DNA of 64,000 bases from positions 112,840,001 through 112,904,000 of the forward strand of contig OX597816.1 in NCBI GenBank assembly GCA_951406725.2, in the 5' to 3' direction. The notes below the pieces were generated by a model, which saw only the letters and a list, made by a program, of their open reading frames with translations, had not been told where the DNA came from and did not search any database. Position numbers and translations under genes: made by a program. The stretch's first letter is position 1, and every line of letters begins with the position of its first letter. Origin of the DNA: Octopus vulgaris. Lineage: Eukaryota. This document shows, in pieces, positions 39,360 to 50,420 of the stretch.

Positions 39360-40135
39360 TGTAAATGTCTGATAAAGAAATCTTGTGGTGTCCATTCTGT
39401 CTTTCATGTATATCAGAAGTAACGTTATCCAAGGTATCCTACTTTACTTAAGTCAGTAGCATGAGAATGGAGTTAGTCATGCTGTTATTTCTAACAATTA
39501 AAATGACCATGAAGAAGTTCTGTTGTTGGCTCACTTGGATTATAGTTGTTGTTTGACCCAAGATGAACATGCAGAAAATATGACCAGAGATGCTCCAGCT
39601 ATGACCATTCCACCCTTCCTGTAAGCATTATGTATTTATGACCACTATCCAATGTAACTGTCTCTTTTCAAGATGTTAGGATATAATTTGGAGAGGGAGC
39701 AATATTTTGTTAGTTTTTCATAGATGTAGAATAACGATAAACGTCGCCCTTTTCAAGCCTAGCCAGGCTCATGGGCCCGGTTTCTGTGGCGTATGTGTTC
39801 CCCCCAGCTGGACAGGATGCCAGTCCACGATCCTCCGACCGCGAGTCCGCCACCATAACCACTGGGCCATTGTGCCTCCACTGATGTAGAATAGCTCCCC
39901 CATAATGTCTCCTTCTTTGGCTATAGTTGTTGATTGTTTAACCCCAGGTCAGTCTGGATTGATCTTATCTTTCATTAAAGGCTTTATAATTATTATCCCA
40001 TTATTTTCTGTATAGAGGACTATATTGTCCAGTTTACCCTCCCCTGCTTATCTTTTTGTTTTCACCACATAGTGATGTGATTGATTTAGTAGCTGTTTTT
40101 CTCAGATTATGTGACTGCACAGAGGCTATCTCATT
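39360..40135 (-). mobile_element. Three tandem family-E repeats with a nested SINE D
   Basis: Units at about 39360, 39550 and 39930 share ccaggtca..ccagctatgaccat..ttatccaa..tatttct; the second unit is split by 39734-39882. Confidence 0.65.
39734..39882 (-). mobile_element. SINE family D, internally deleted, 11-bp TSD
   Basis: Head gtggaggcacaatggcccagtggtta joined to the 3' tail; gatgtagaata at both 39723-39733 and 39883-39893. Confidence 0.85.
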
Positions 40136-40199
40136 GCTTTATAACTTACAGATTGCTTAATTCTTAAATTCATGTGCTTTCTCTATACAAATCTCACAA

Positions 40200-40660
40200 T
40201 CCTGTTAGAAGTTAGAGATTTTCATGAAAAGGCAGTTAGTCCTGTATAAAAATCATAAAACTGTAACTATCACATGAAGTTTGACAAAGCTTGAAGATGA
40301 GGTAATGATTAATGATGCACATTGTGAATATGGATTTTACATGTTCTTCATTTTTACTTGTGATTCCACTGTCACCAGACCAGGTATAGGTTGAATATAG
40401 GTAATTTGATTACAGGTAGATGTTTATGCATATATTTATAAGATATTAATTCCTGAACATCAGTTTCTCATTTCAGAGCTGAATTTTTGCTTCAATAGCC
40501 TCTATAACTTGGAAGCTGCACCGATTCCCATTAGAAAAAGCATTCCAAGATATACTTCCATTTCCTTCCTTGACGTATTGACGGTGATGATCATTCCATT
40601 CCTGTTCAGAATTGATAATTCCTAACATCACTTTACATCATTTGTGTATACAGATGACAC
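40200..40660 (-). pseudogene. piggyBac transposase relic
   Basis: Minus strand reads ITVNTSRKEMEVYLGMLFLMGI, frameshift, VQLPSYRGY*S, matching the piggyBac E-----G----MG---LP----YW block; FKL..YDFYTG-like sequence downstream. Confidence 0.65.
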
Positions 40661-41059
40661 TGAAATATCACTGATTATTTTCTACAAGTCCTAGATCTCT
40701 TTCTCTGATTAAATAATAATAAGTAAATCCTTAATAAATAAATAATAATATCACTGAATTCTAACTCACCATGATGCTCAAAAATCAAAGTGAGAAAAAT
40801 AAATCCAAAGAAATTCCCTAAATAAACAACAAATATAAATGTGATAGGAAGTTCTTTCTACAGTGAGGATAAATTTTGTTCCTCTCAGAAGAGTGCTTAA
40901 TTCCTGTTTTTCTCCCTCATTCCCTCAAAAAAAAAAAAAATAATAACAATGCATTTTGAATTGCAGTCAAGTGTGGTTTAGCTGGTGACAGTTAGGATTA
41001 TTTGCAACACAGTACTTTAAGAGTGGCTGTAAACAATGTTATGTTATCATAAGTTTATT

Positions 41060-41292
41060 TAGGTTTACCAAATGTTGCAGGAAAGAACAGCAAGAATGAT
41101 ACTCCAAACGAACTAGCAGGAGACCTAGGGGTAGACCAAGAACAGGATGGTTGGATACTATTCATAGTTTCAATTAGTAATGCTTGAGAATCCAGCCAGA
41201 ACGTCTAATGATGTTGCTTCTGATAGAATGCCTTGGAGGATATGCCTAAGGATTCTACCCCCACAACCCTCCCAGAAATAGTGGGCAGAGGT
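41060..41292 (+). mobile_element. RTE (Expander/Rex3-like) C-terminal fragment
   Basis: RRPRGRPRTGWLDTI...VASDR..WRICLRILPPQPSQK*. Confidence 0.7.
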
Positions 41293-41533
41293 TTACAGTG
41301 ACTTTCAAAACTTCAAGGAAGCATTGATTTATGTCTCAACTATTTCAATATTTCTATATTAAGTTCTGTTTGACTATCATCAATCAGGAAAAATATTGAA
41401 GTAGAAACATTGACAGACAGGTTGTTATATTTCTTGTTGTAGTGGTTGTTGTTATTTACTTGGGCAGCTTTGATCAAATAAACCTATTACCAAGAGCATT
41501 CCAGCCATGGCCATTTCATTGACATTTTTTGCT

Positions 41534-41595
<62 letters not shown>

Positions 41596-43834
41596 TTATA
41601 TTTGCAACAGTTTAGAACTAGAAAATCTTTGAAAGAAAAGTTTTTAATTTTGAAGTTAGTTTTAATCTATTTGGCTCTAGTCAATATTGACCAGATCAAA
41701 GTCCTTAATTTATTGTTATTATTCTCAAATTCAACAATCTGAGTCAGCTTCAAGCTAATATTCTCAATTTCAAACAAACATTTAAACCATATTGGAAGAA
41801 ATTTGAGCTACTTGCTAGTAAATAATTCAGTTTTCTTATGGCTGTGCAAACCTAGTATTGAAGATGATGGGCAAATAAGGAAACAAAACGTGGTTGTTTA
41901 ATCTGCTAGAAATAGTAGCAAAAACTCTCAAATCATACCCTACACTTGTATGAAATTACATATTGACATAAATCATGTCTGTAAAGACAGGATGGTCACA
42001 ACTGATTTTATGTATTGACCTGGGGCTAAACAACACTACCTGAATATGATATGCCATAAATGAAAAATAAATCCTCGAGAAAGATTGGTCAAGGCCAGAG
42101 GCAGCTGAGAAGAGATGTTGAAGAGGCAGCTAAGAAAATTCTGTAAGCCTAAATATGACATTCCAGCATAGGAAAATGTAAATATAACATATATTTACAT
42201 AGGAAAATGTAAATATAACATAGTTGTCATTGATGATGATGATGATGATGATGGTGGTGATGATCTTTCTCTGTTTTCCGCTTAAAATGTTGAACACCAC
42301 TTGATCTTTCTTACTGTCTCCTATGTAAGAAACTCTTCTGTAGAAATATGAGAAACCACTATTTGGTAAACCTGACTCTCTCTCTCTCTCTCTGATAAAG
42401 CGAAAGAGAGGTACACACCTATACCTTCCTGAAATGCTTATCTTCTGCTCTGTCCTGAAGATAAATGTGTGATATTGAAATACCAATGTTTCTTGATATA
42501 ATTTTCAGTGCATGAAAAATGTGTCTAGTGTTTTTATTCATATTACCTTACAACCAACAACTTATCTGAAATGAAAGTATATAATTATTTTAAATACTAT
42601 CCTATTCTATTGTGAATTCTTCAAAAGAATTACTGTAGCAGAGAGTGAAAGGGAGAAAAACAAAAAAGAAAAATAATAATAATAAAACAAAAAAAAACAC
42701 ATAAAGAGAAACAATAAAGAAACGGTGTGTTCCATATCAGTGGAATATATTTTACCCAGCTAGATTGTTATCTATAACTTTGCATCCTTGTATTTCACTA
42801 TTAAAACAATATGATCCTAGCTTTGTCTGGTTTCAAGTGCTAAACTCATTTAGTAAGTGGTTTTATTAATGTAAATTTGTCAATATTAGTAATGTAACTG
42901 GTTGCCCCACAGAGATAATAATAGAAATGACTTCTCTCTATGTTTTTTTTCTTCTGTTTTTTGGTTTTTGTTTTACTAATATAGCTAAATCTAAATTACT
43001 ATTTTTATTGACCAGATATTCAGAGTTGTTTCTAATCACTTAAAATCGAGTGCTTTTCTAGCACTATCTGTCTGGTTTCTTTCTACGCAACTCAACAAAA
43101 CCATAACTTTTCAACTGATTCAAAGAGTGTTTTTGTTAGGGATTTTTGTTTTGTTTGCGTTTTGTTTTCATTTAGTTTTTCCAACGGGGGAAAAAAATTC
43201 ATTCTTCATAAAAGCACGATATTAGGAAAGAAAACAAAAGTGAAAATAAAAAACATCAAAAACGAAAAGAGAAAAAAGTCACCAAAATGCATTACAATAA
43301 ATGTGTAGTGTTTTTCTAACAGAAATTTTCACTATAAAGGCATTCATTTGAATTTTTGATTTTCATGTTACTGTTGTTGTTTATCCTGAGGTTAGCTCTG
43401 ATTAAGCACACCTATGACCATAGGCAGTGAAGACCTGATCATCTCATCTTTGTTTAAGGTGTCATATATCTTGGACTGCATTGTCATGGATATGATTGTT
43501 TCTTCTTAAGAAAGCAAGGTATGATTTGAGGAAGAATTGGTTGTTAGATTTTGCAAGCTAGGAGACCACAGAGGTGCTTTCTCTGTTCATTGTTACTCTA
43601 GATTTAGACCATATTTGTCGTCCAGCTTTCTGAATCTAACCCATTTTTGACAATTTTTATTCTGCTCTTTCTGGGTCTATTATACCAGCTGTACCATGTC
43701 TGCCACGCTAAGTTCTCTGACAAGCAGTGATTTAGTATTCCTATTATTCTTTTAATTTCTCATCAACTGGCTCAAAGCCACCTCCCTCAGTACTACTACC
43801 TCTAGTTGAGGAGATTTTTATCTTATCTTGGTAA

Positions 43835-44025
43835 CCCCACTAGTGCTGGTGCCACAAAAATAGTACCCAATACACTTTGTAAAGTGGTTGGCACTAGGAA
43901 GGGTGTCCAGCCATAGAAACCTTACCAAAACAGACAATAGAGTTTAGTACAACCCTCTGGCTTGCCAGCTTTTGTAAAACAGTCCAACCCATGACAGCAT
44001 GGAAAATGGACATTAAGTGATGAGG
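43835..44025 (+). mobile_element. RTE 3'-UTR repeat, older subfamily
   Basis: aaagtggttggcactaggaagggtgtccagccatagaaac...gtccaacccatgacagcatggaaaatggacattaa. Confidence 0.75.
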
Positions 44026-45289
44026 AGGAGGCAGTGGAGGTGTTACATAGAGATCTGAGATGCTGTTTTCTTTATCCAATTTGTGTATATCTCTTATTTT
44101 AACCTTTGTTTTTCCCTCAAAAAGCAGGAGATATGAAAAAAAGATCTACCCATTGGCATTACCTTCGTGATGCAATCTTATCTTTCAAAGAAACATTGTA
44201 TGTAGGATTACATTATTCAGTATCCTTCCTTTTTTTAAACAGTAGGATGTAACAAAAATCTAGCTGTTCTTTTTGTAGTAAGACAAACATTCACAAGTCC
44301 ATCTTGGCAGGGATGGTTAATGTAGACTCAGTTGGAGTATGTTGATTATTGTTTTTTTTTTCTTTTGCATTCTTCATAGCACAGCTCATTTGTTAGGTTT
44401 ACATCTGTTTTTGCATATTAGCATGGGTTAGACAAATGCTTATTGTTGAGGCATTGTATTACAGCTAGATGCCATTTTTGTTGCTGACCATTGTTTCTCA
44501 AGTAAAAATTTTTTTTATTCTACTCATCCTCAAAAGTGCAGAGCTTACTGGACAATTTGTTGACAGGGAAATGTTAACAAATATCACCTATCGGTAACTC
44601 AGTTACTTTTTTCATGCAAGTGCAGAATCTGAACATTTACACAGATGCACACCATACATGCATTCACACACATTTTATATTTATAAATGGGACTCGCCAA
44701 TTACTTTTAATGTATGAGGATCCGACAACCTACACTTTCTTTGTCAATCAAAATGCTTATGTCAATTTGCAAAGAAGCCCATAAATGTTGCAAGTATGAG
44801 GATTACAGGTCAGTATAGTTTGTATATTTGCAGCCACTTTTCTCCTCTGCCTCTCACCCATAGCCTTTTAATGCTGGTTGAAACAAAGTCTCTTATATCA
44901 TTTATATATATATATCTGTCAAGTTAAGAATCTTATCACAGGCTGATGAGACCAGCTACTGGTACCATGTAAACCAGTACTACCTGTCAAGTGACTGACG
45001 ACTTAACCAGCTCCCCTATCTGAGTAGCTTTCCCCTCTTGTTAAAAGAAAGTTTGGACACGCAGCAAAACAAAAAACAAGGTCCGTCAAAGGCCCTGTGG
45101 TCCAACAATGATCTAGCTGGGGAAAGCAATGGCAAAACACCCAAATATCTCTGCAAAGAAATTACTATGAGAAAGTTAGAATGAAGTAATGCTGTGATTT
45201 CATCTAATGGTAGAACTGACTGAATTGGGAAGTTTCATTGTAATTAATGTCATCAATGAGCTGCAAAAACCTTACAATACATGATAATA

Positions 45290-45686
45290 ATATATATATA
45301 TTATTATATAAAATCCATTCTGTCTGTCTGTGTATGTGTGTCTTCTAGGATCTCGGGCATCCTCCATCTGATTGCGCTCAAATTTGATATGTAAATACTG
45401 ATGGTATCAGGGCATGTATAAGTCTTGAAAAAATTACAAAAATCGATTCCAGGTGAGAATGCGATCGATAAAACCATGGGAACGTGTATTTGTACATGCA
45501 AGTACATCAGCTGTTGTGATCGATACTACACATACGCGTGAAAAATGCACATGCAGTTTGCACAAAAAAAGCCAGTTGGCTTGAAATAATGCCACAAAAT
45601 GGAATGGTCGGACAAGTTGTTTTGAGAAAATTTGGTTTAAATGTTTGACAACACAGCACTGTCCATTGGACGGAGACGTTTTGCTA

Positions 45687-45688
<2 letters not shown>
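45290..45688 (+). mobile_element. Non-autonomous Helitron
   Basis: 5' atatataaaat followed by (ctgt)n; subterminal hairpin tgtccattggacg shortly upstream of terminal CTAG-T; lies in a (TA)n context with no TSD. Confidence 0.75.
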
Positions 45689-45724
<36 letters not shown>

Positions 45725-45728
<4 letters not shown>

Positions 45729-46143
45729 GGAATTTACAAAAAACAAGACAAAGACAGGTGTATTAGTTTAATGCTCAGGAAGGTGAGAAAGTCTTTTACG
45801 TTTCGAGCCTATGCTCTTTGACAGAAAGGAACAAGACAAAATAAACAGAGACAGAATAAAAAAAGCTTTAGTGGCTAGCGGTTGATACATTCGAGTAAGC
45901 AAATAAATGCAAAACAGGGTGGAAAAAATGGTACTTGTATACTAAAGGTAGAGTAATATGCTTTTTTATTAAGGCTGGAAAAACATCACAAAAAACCGTG
46001 ACCCAGAGTTTCATGTTCCTGTTTGTCATACAGCTGTGATCAAATTCCAGTCTTGATTCCAATCTTGATCACAACCGTCCAATGGAGAACAACATGAAAC
46101 TCTGAGTCACAGCTTTTGTGGTGCTTTTGCAGCTTTAATAAAA
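45725..46143. mobile_element. Penelope-like terminal repeats, including a ~180-bp inverted repeat
   Basis: Minus-strand ctgtcaaagagcataggctcgaaacgt at 45798-45824; arms at about 45964-46045 and 46062-46142 are reverse-complementary. Confidence 0.6.
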
Positions 46144-46429
46144 ATAAAATAAAATAAATAAAGATGCTGCACAGTAAGATTGAACCCAAAACTCATGCTT
46201 GCAAAGCAAATTTCTAAATCATGCAGCCATACCGGCATAAAACAGTATTTGAGTCTAATACAGTTATTGACGTTATTGTTGTCATTGCAAGTGTTTTTAT
46301 TCTTTCGTTATTTGAGTGGAGTGAGTGAAAAGCATTGTTCTTTGAATGTTGCTGTAGATTACCAGGCTGGTTGGATAGATGTGCCTGAGTGTTTTCGGGT
46401 GATTGTATATGTACATGAAATAACAGGAG

Positions 46430-46664
46430 TCCAGGTGGCGAGCTGGCAGAAACGTTAGCACGCCGGGCAAAATGCTTAGCGGTATTTCGTCTGCCGTTAC
46501 GTTCTGAGTTCAAATTCTGCCGAGGTCGACTTTGCCTTTCATCCTTTCGAGCTCGATTAAACAAGTACCAGTTACGCACTGGGGTCGATATAATCGACTT
46601 AATCCGTTTGTCTGTCCTTGTTTGTCCTCTCTGTGTTTAGCCCCTTGTGGGTAGTAAAGAAATA
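46430..46664 (+). mobile_element. SINE family B, young full-length copy with 13-bp TSD
   Basis: CpG-rich; A box tggcagaaacgttag, B box gagttcaaattc, Deu/Nin-like gcctttcatcctttcg; gaaataacaggag at both 46417-46429 and 46665-46677. Confidence 0.93.
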
Positions 46665-47007
46665 GAAATAACAGGAGCATCTTTGCTTCGTTATGCAAGT
46701 GATCTGTAGATGTGATCTGTGGTCAGTTTACAACCTGTGATGATGGAAGGAAACGGGGGCGGGGGAACAATATACCTAGAATAGACAAATGTAAAAGCTA
46801 TTTTTGTACCGAAAGCTATTTTCTTCCATCCTTAAAGAGGTTGCTATACTATGATAAGTATGTATGTGTAGATACATGCATATAGACTCACATACACACA
46901 CATAGATGTATGATTTTATATATATGCACGTACACATATATATATATATATATATATTTATACATAGCATGTATATATGCATGCATATATGTATATATAT
47001 ATATATA

Positions 47008-47041
<34 letters not shown>

Positions 47042-47837
47042 GTTACTAAACTTATAGATAAAATGGCACTTCTTATTCAAATATCGATTGATCAGTGTTT
47101 TTTGGGATTTGCATCATTTATTATTCCCAACTATCTACGATTCCTATTTATGTCCAGAGTGATGTCATCTACAAGGTGTGCACATGTATGCGTGTATGTC
47201 TATGGTGTGTGTATGTGTACATGTATGTGTATATGCGAGAGAAAAAGAGACAGGGCAAGAGAAAATGGGAAAGGAGAATATAAAAAAATATATAACGGAA
47301 CCTAACCTCTTTTTATTATTGGATCTTTCAAGCTGAGTGATTCCTTTTAGGTACCAGTTTATAGGTAAAGCATCCTGGGTACTTTTGGTCTAGCTAGCTT
47401 TAATTCTCTTCCAACCATCATTGATTTTATTCGAATTATGAGAATTAGTATGTCAGCAGAATTTTTTCGCAAAACAGTTGTTGTGTGTGGTTTTACCTTA
47501 TTTTCTTTTACTTATTTTTTTCTCTCTCTCTCTCTCTCTCTCGGATTTGAAGCTTGATACGTTTATTTTATTTTATTTTTTTGAAAATTAATAATTTTTT
47601 TTCTTTATTGACTTATTTATTGCTTTTTGTCAAACATACAGTTATATTTTTCATTTTCATTTTAATCCTTTTATATAATTCCTTGCCGTATATTTCTTCT
47701 AAATATTTAATTTTTGCTTTTAATGTATTCACTAGTTTTATTCATTTATCTATTACTGATGCTGCTGCTGCTACTACTCCCACTACAAGCGATTTGAGAC
47801 CACTATCTCTTAAATCAAAATGTATTAGGTGCACTTT

Positions 47838-48147
47838 TCTTCTTCTTCTTCTTCTTATTATTATTATTATTATTATCGTTATCATCATTATTATTATTAT
47901 TATTATTATCATCATCATCATCATCATCATCATCATTATTATTATTATTATTGGCAAAATGCTTAGCGGCATTTTGTCTGTCATTACATTCTCAGTTCAA
48001 ATTCCCCTGAGGTTGACTTCGCCTTTCATTCTTTCGGGATCGATTAAATAAGTACTAGGTTTGATGTAATCAACTATCCTCTCCTCCAAATTTCAGGCTC
48101 TGTGACTATAGTAGAAAGAATTATCATCATCAACATCATCAACATCA

Positions 48148-48179
<32 letters not shown>

Positions 48180-48320
48180 TGCAGAGGTCGACTTGCCTTT
48201 CATTCTTTCAGATATCGATAAAATAAGTACTGGTCAAATACTGGGGTCAATGTAATCAACTTTTTCCTCCCCCGAAATTGCTGGCCTTGTACCAAAATTT
48301 GAAACCATTATTATTATTAT
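47838..48320 (+). mobile_element. Compound (CTT/ATT/ATC)n microsatellite with two truncated family-B SINEs
   Basis: SINE pieces at 47953-48120 and 48180-48306, each followed by (ATT/ATC)n. Confidence 0.85.
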
Positions 48321-48329
48321 TTACTTTTG

Positions 48330-48872
48330 ACCTGTGGAAGAGGTAGACCCAGGAAAACCTGGGACAAGGTGGTGAAGCACGACCTTCGAACTTTAGGTCT
48401 CACCAAGGAAATGACTAGCGACCGAGCCCTATGGAAGTATGCTGTGCGTGAGAAGACCCAGCAAGACCAGTGAGAACAGTCAAAATCAAAATCAAACCAA
48501 ATCAAATCAAATATCAGAAAGCAGAACCAAAATTGAGGTCGATCAACATCAGTGGAAATTGCAGCTGTGGTTAAGCGAACCATCCGATCGTGTTCGTTGT
48601 CAGCGCCGCCCCGTCTGGCCTCCGTGCCGGTGGCACGTAAAAGCACCATCCGTTTGTGTCCGCTGCCAGCCTCGCCTGGCCCCTGTGCCAGTGGCACGTA
48701 AAAAGCACCCACAACACTCACGGAGTGGTTGGCGTTAGGAAGGGCATCCAGCTGTAGAAATACTGCCAGATCTGACTGGGCCTGATGAAGCCTTCCGGCT
48801 TCACAGACCCCAGTTGAACCGTCCAACCCATGCTAGCATGGAAAACGGACGCTAAATGATGAGGATGATGAT
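48330..48872 (+). mobile_element. 5'-truncated young RTE: ORF C-terminus, 3' UTR and (GAT)n tail
   Basis: TCGRGRPRKTWDKVVKHDLRTLGLTKEMTSDRALWKYAVREKTQQDQ*, then a CpG-rich UTR ending catggaaaacggacgctaaatgatgaggatgatgat. Confidence 0.92.
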
Positions 48873-48908
48873 TATTATTATTATTATCATTATTATTATT
48901 ATATCATT

Positions 48909-49126
48909 AAGGTGGCGAGCTGGTAGAATTGTTACCATGCTTAGCAGAATGTTTAGCGGCATATCATCCATCTTTATATTCTAGGTTCAAATTCCCCCAG
49001 GGTCAACTTTCCTTTTCATCCTCTTGGGGGTCGATAAATTATTAAGTATCAGTGAAACACTGGAGTTGATGTAATCAATTAGTCCCCTCCCTTAAAACTT
49101 CAGGGCTTGTATCTATGGTAGAAAGG

Positions 49127-49171
<45 letters not shown>

Positions 49172-49320
49172 TATATAAATTCTGCGGAGGTCGACTTGCC
49201 TTTCATTCTTTCAGATATTGATAAAATAAGTACTGGTCAAGTACTGGAGTCAATGTAATCAACTTTTTCCTCTGCCGAAATTGCTGGCCTTGTACCAAAA
49301 TTTGAAACCATTATTATTAT
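48909..49320 (+). mobile_element. Two tandem family-B SINEs with (ATT)n tails
   Basis: Full copy at 48909-49128 (ggtggcgagctggtagaa...) and truncated copy at 49177-49310. Confidence 0.85.
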
Positions 49321-49321
49321 T

Positions 49322-50420
49322 AATTACTTTTAACCTGCATGTTTGTTACAATTACTCACCAAGACACACATAGCGTCCTAGGGTGAGTGAAGGGTAAGAG
49401 ATGTTATTATATGACTGAAAGCTTGGGGCAGTAGCAAAATATCTTTATATAATACAACACAGTCATTTAAATTGATAGCGTTTTTCTAAGGATGTGGACA
49501 GTACTTGTCAGCATAATCTTTTGGATTTCTCTGAGACATGGCTCTCCTGGGATATTATTCTAGATGTTTCTGACATCTCTTTCTTATCATACCTAGGGCA
49601 CCTGCAATAACAGAAACAGTTCTCGCTTTAAGATGCCACATCTTTGTATTTCAATTTCCAGGTCCTTATATTTACTTAATTTGTCAAATTCCTTTGCATA
49701 TATATTTTTATCAGTGGGAACACTTACATCTATTAGTCTGCAAGTATTTTTTTCTCAGTCTTTAATGACTATGTCTGGTCGATTAGCCTCAATCGTTCTC
49801 TCAGTGTTGACTGGAAAATCTCAGAGGATACTGACGTTTTTACCTTCAGCGACTGGCTCAGGATGATGTTCATACCAGTAAGCAGGAGTGCTGATTTTGT
49901 AGTGTTTACATATTTTCCAATGTAAATACTGTCCTACCTTATTGTGACGATTTTTGTATTCATTTGCTGTCAGCACAGGACATCCCAAGACAAGATAGTC
50001 TATTGTTTCATAAAATTTATCACAGAATCTGCATTTAGGGTCAGAACCATTTTGAAGAACATTAGCCTGGCAGTTTTTGGTAAGCAAGCTTTGATCTTGT
50101 GCTGCCAATATGAAACCTTCAGTCTCTACTTTCAGTCCTGAGCTTCTCAGCTACTGATGCATTGTTGCTTGGTCTACATCAGCATTTTGGCTTTAAAATA
50201 TATATACTGTCCATGCAGAGGCTTCTGGCTTCACCACTCCTCAATTTGTTTTTGCCCATTCTTTTTTGTAGTCTGTTTGTTCCATTTTGCTTTTTTAATG
50301 CCAAGTTCCCTTGTGAATTTGCAAGCTTCCTTGACAATAGATTGTGATTTTTCTGCTGCTTTCATGTTTGCACACAAGCTGCAGCATCCATCATCGGCGG
50401 CGGCGGTGGCAGCGTCATTC
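49322..50420 (-). mobile_element. R4/Dong-clade non-LTR retrotransposon, 3' part ending in (TAA)n
   Basis: AAQDQSLLTKN..KCRFC..ETID..GCP..YKNRHNKV..LHWKIC..WYEHHPE (CCHC region), NRPDIVIKD, LIDVSVP, KLSKYKDLEIEIQR, VHILRKTLSI*, then a 3' UTR. Confidence 0.92.

Noticed and set aside
42167-42222. 25-bp direct repeat cataggaaaatgtaaatataacata with a 31-bp period
   Set aside because: An ordinary local slippage duplication with no sign of function.
47554-48051. 165-aa hydrophobic ORF resembling a membrane protein
   Set aside because: The poly-Ile and poly-Leu runs come from (ATT/ATC/CTT)n, and the C-terminus is SINE sequence.
48317-48826. 169-aa minus-strand ORF (and the similar ORF at 15672-16046)
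   Set aside because: Antisense of an RTE C-terminus and 3' UTR.
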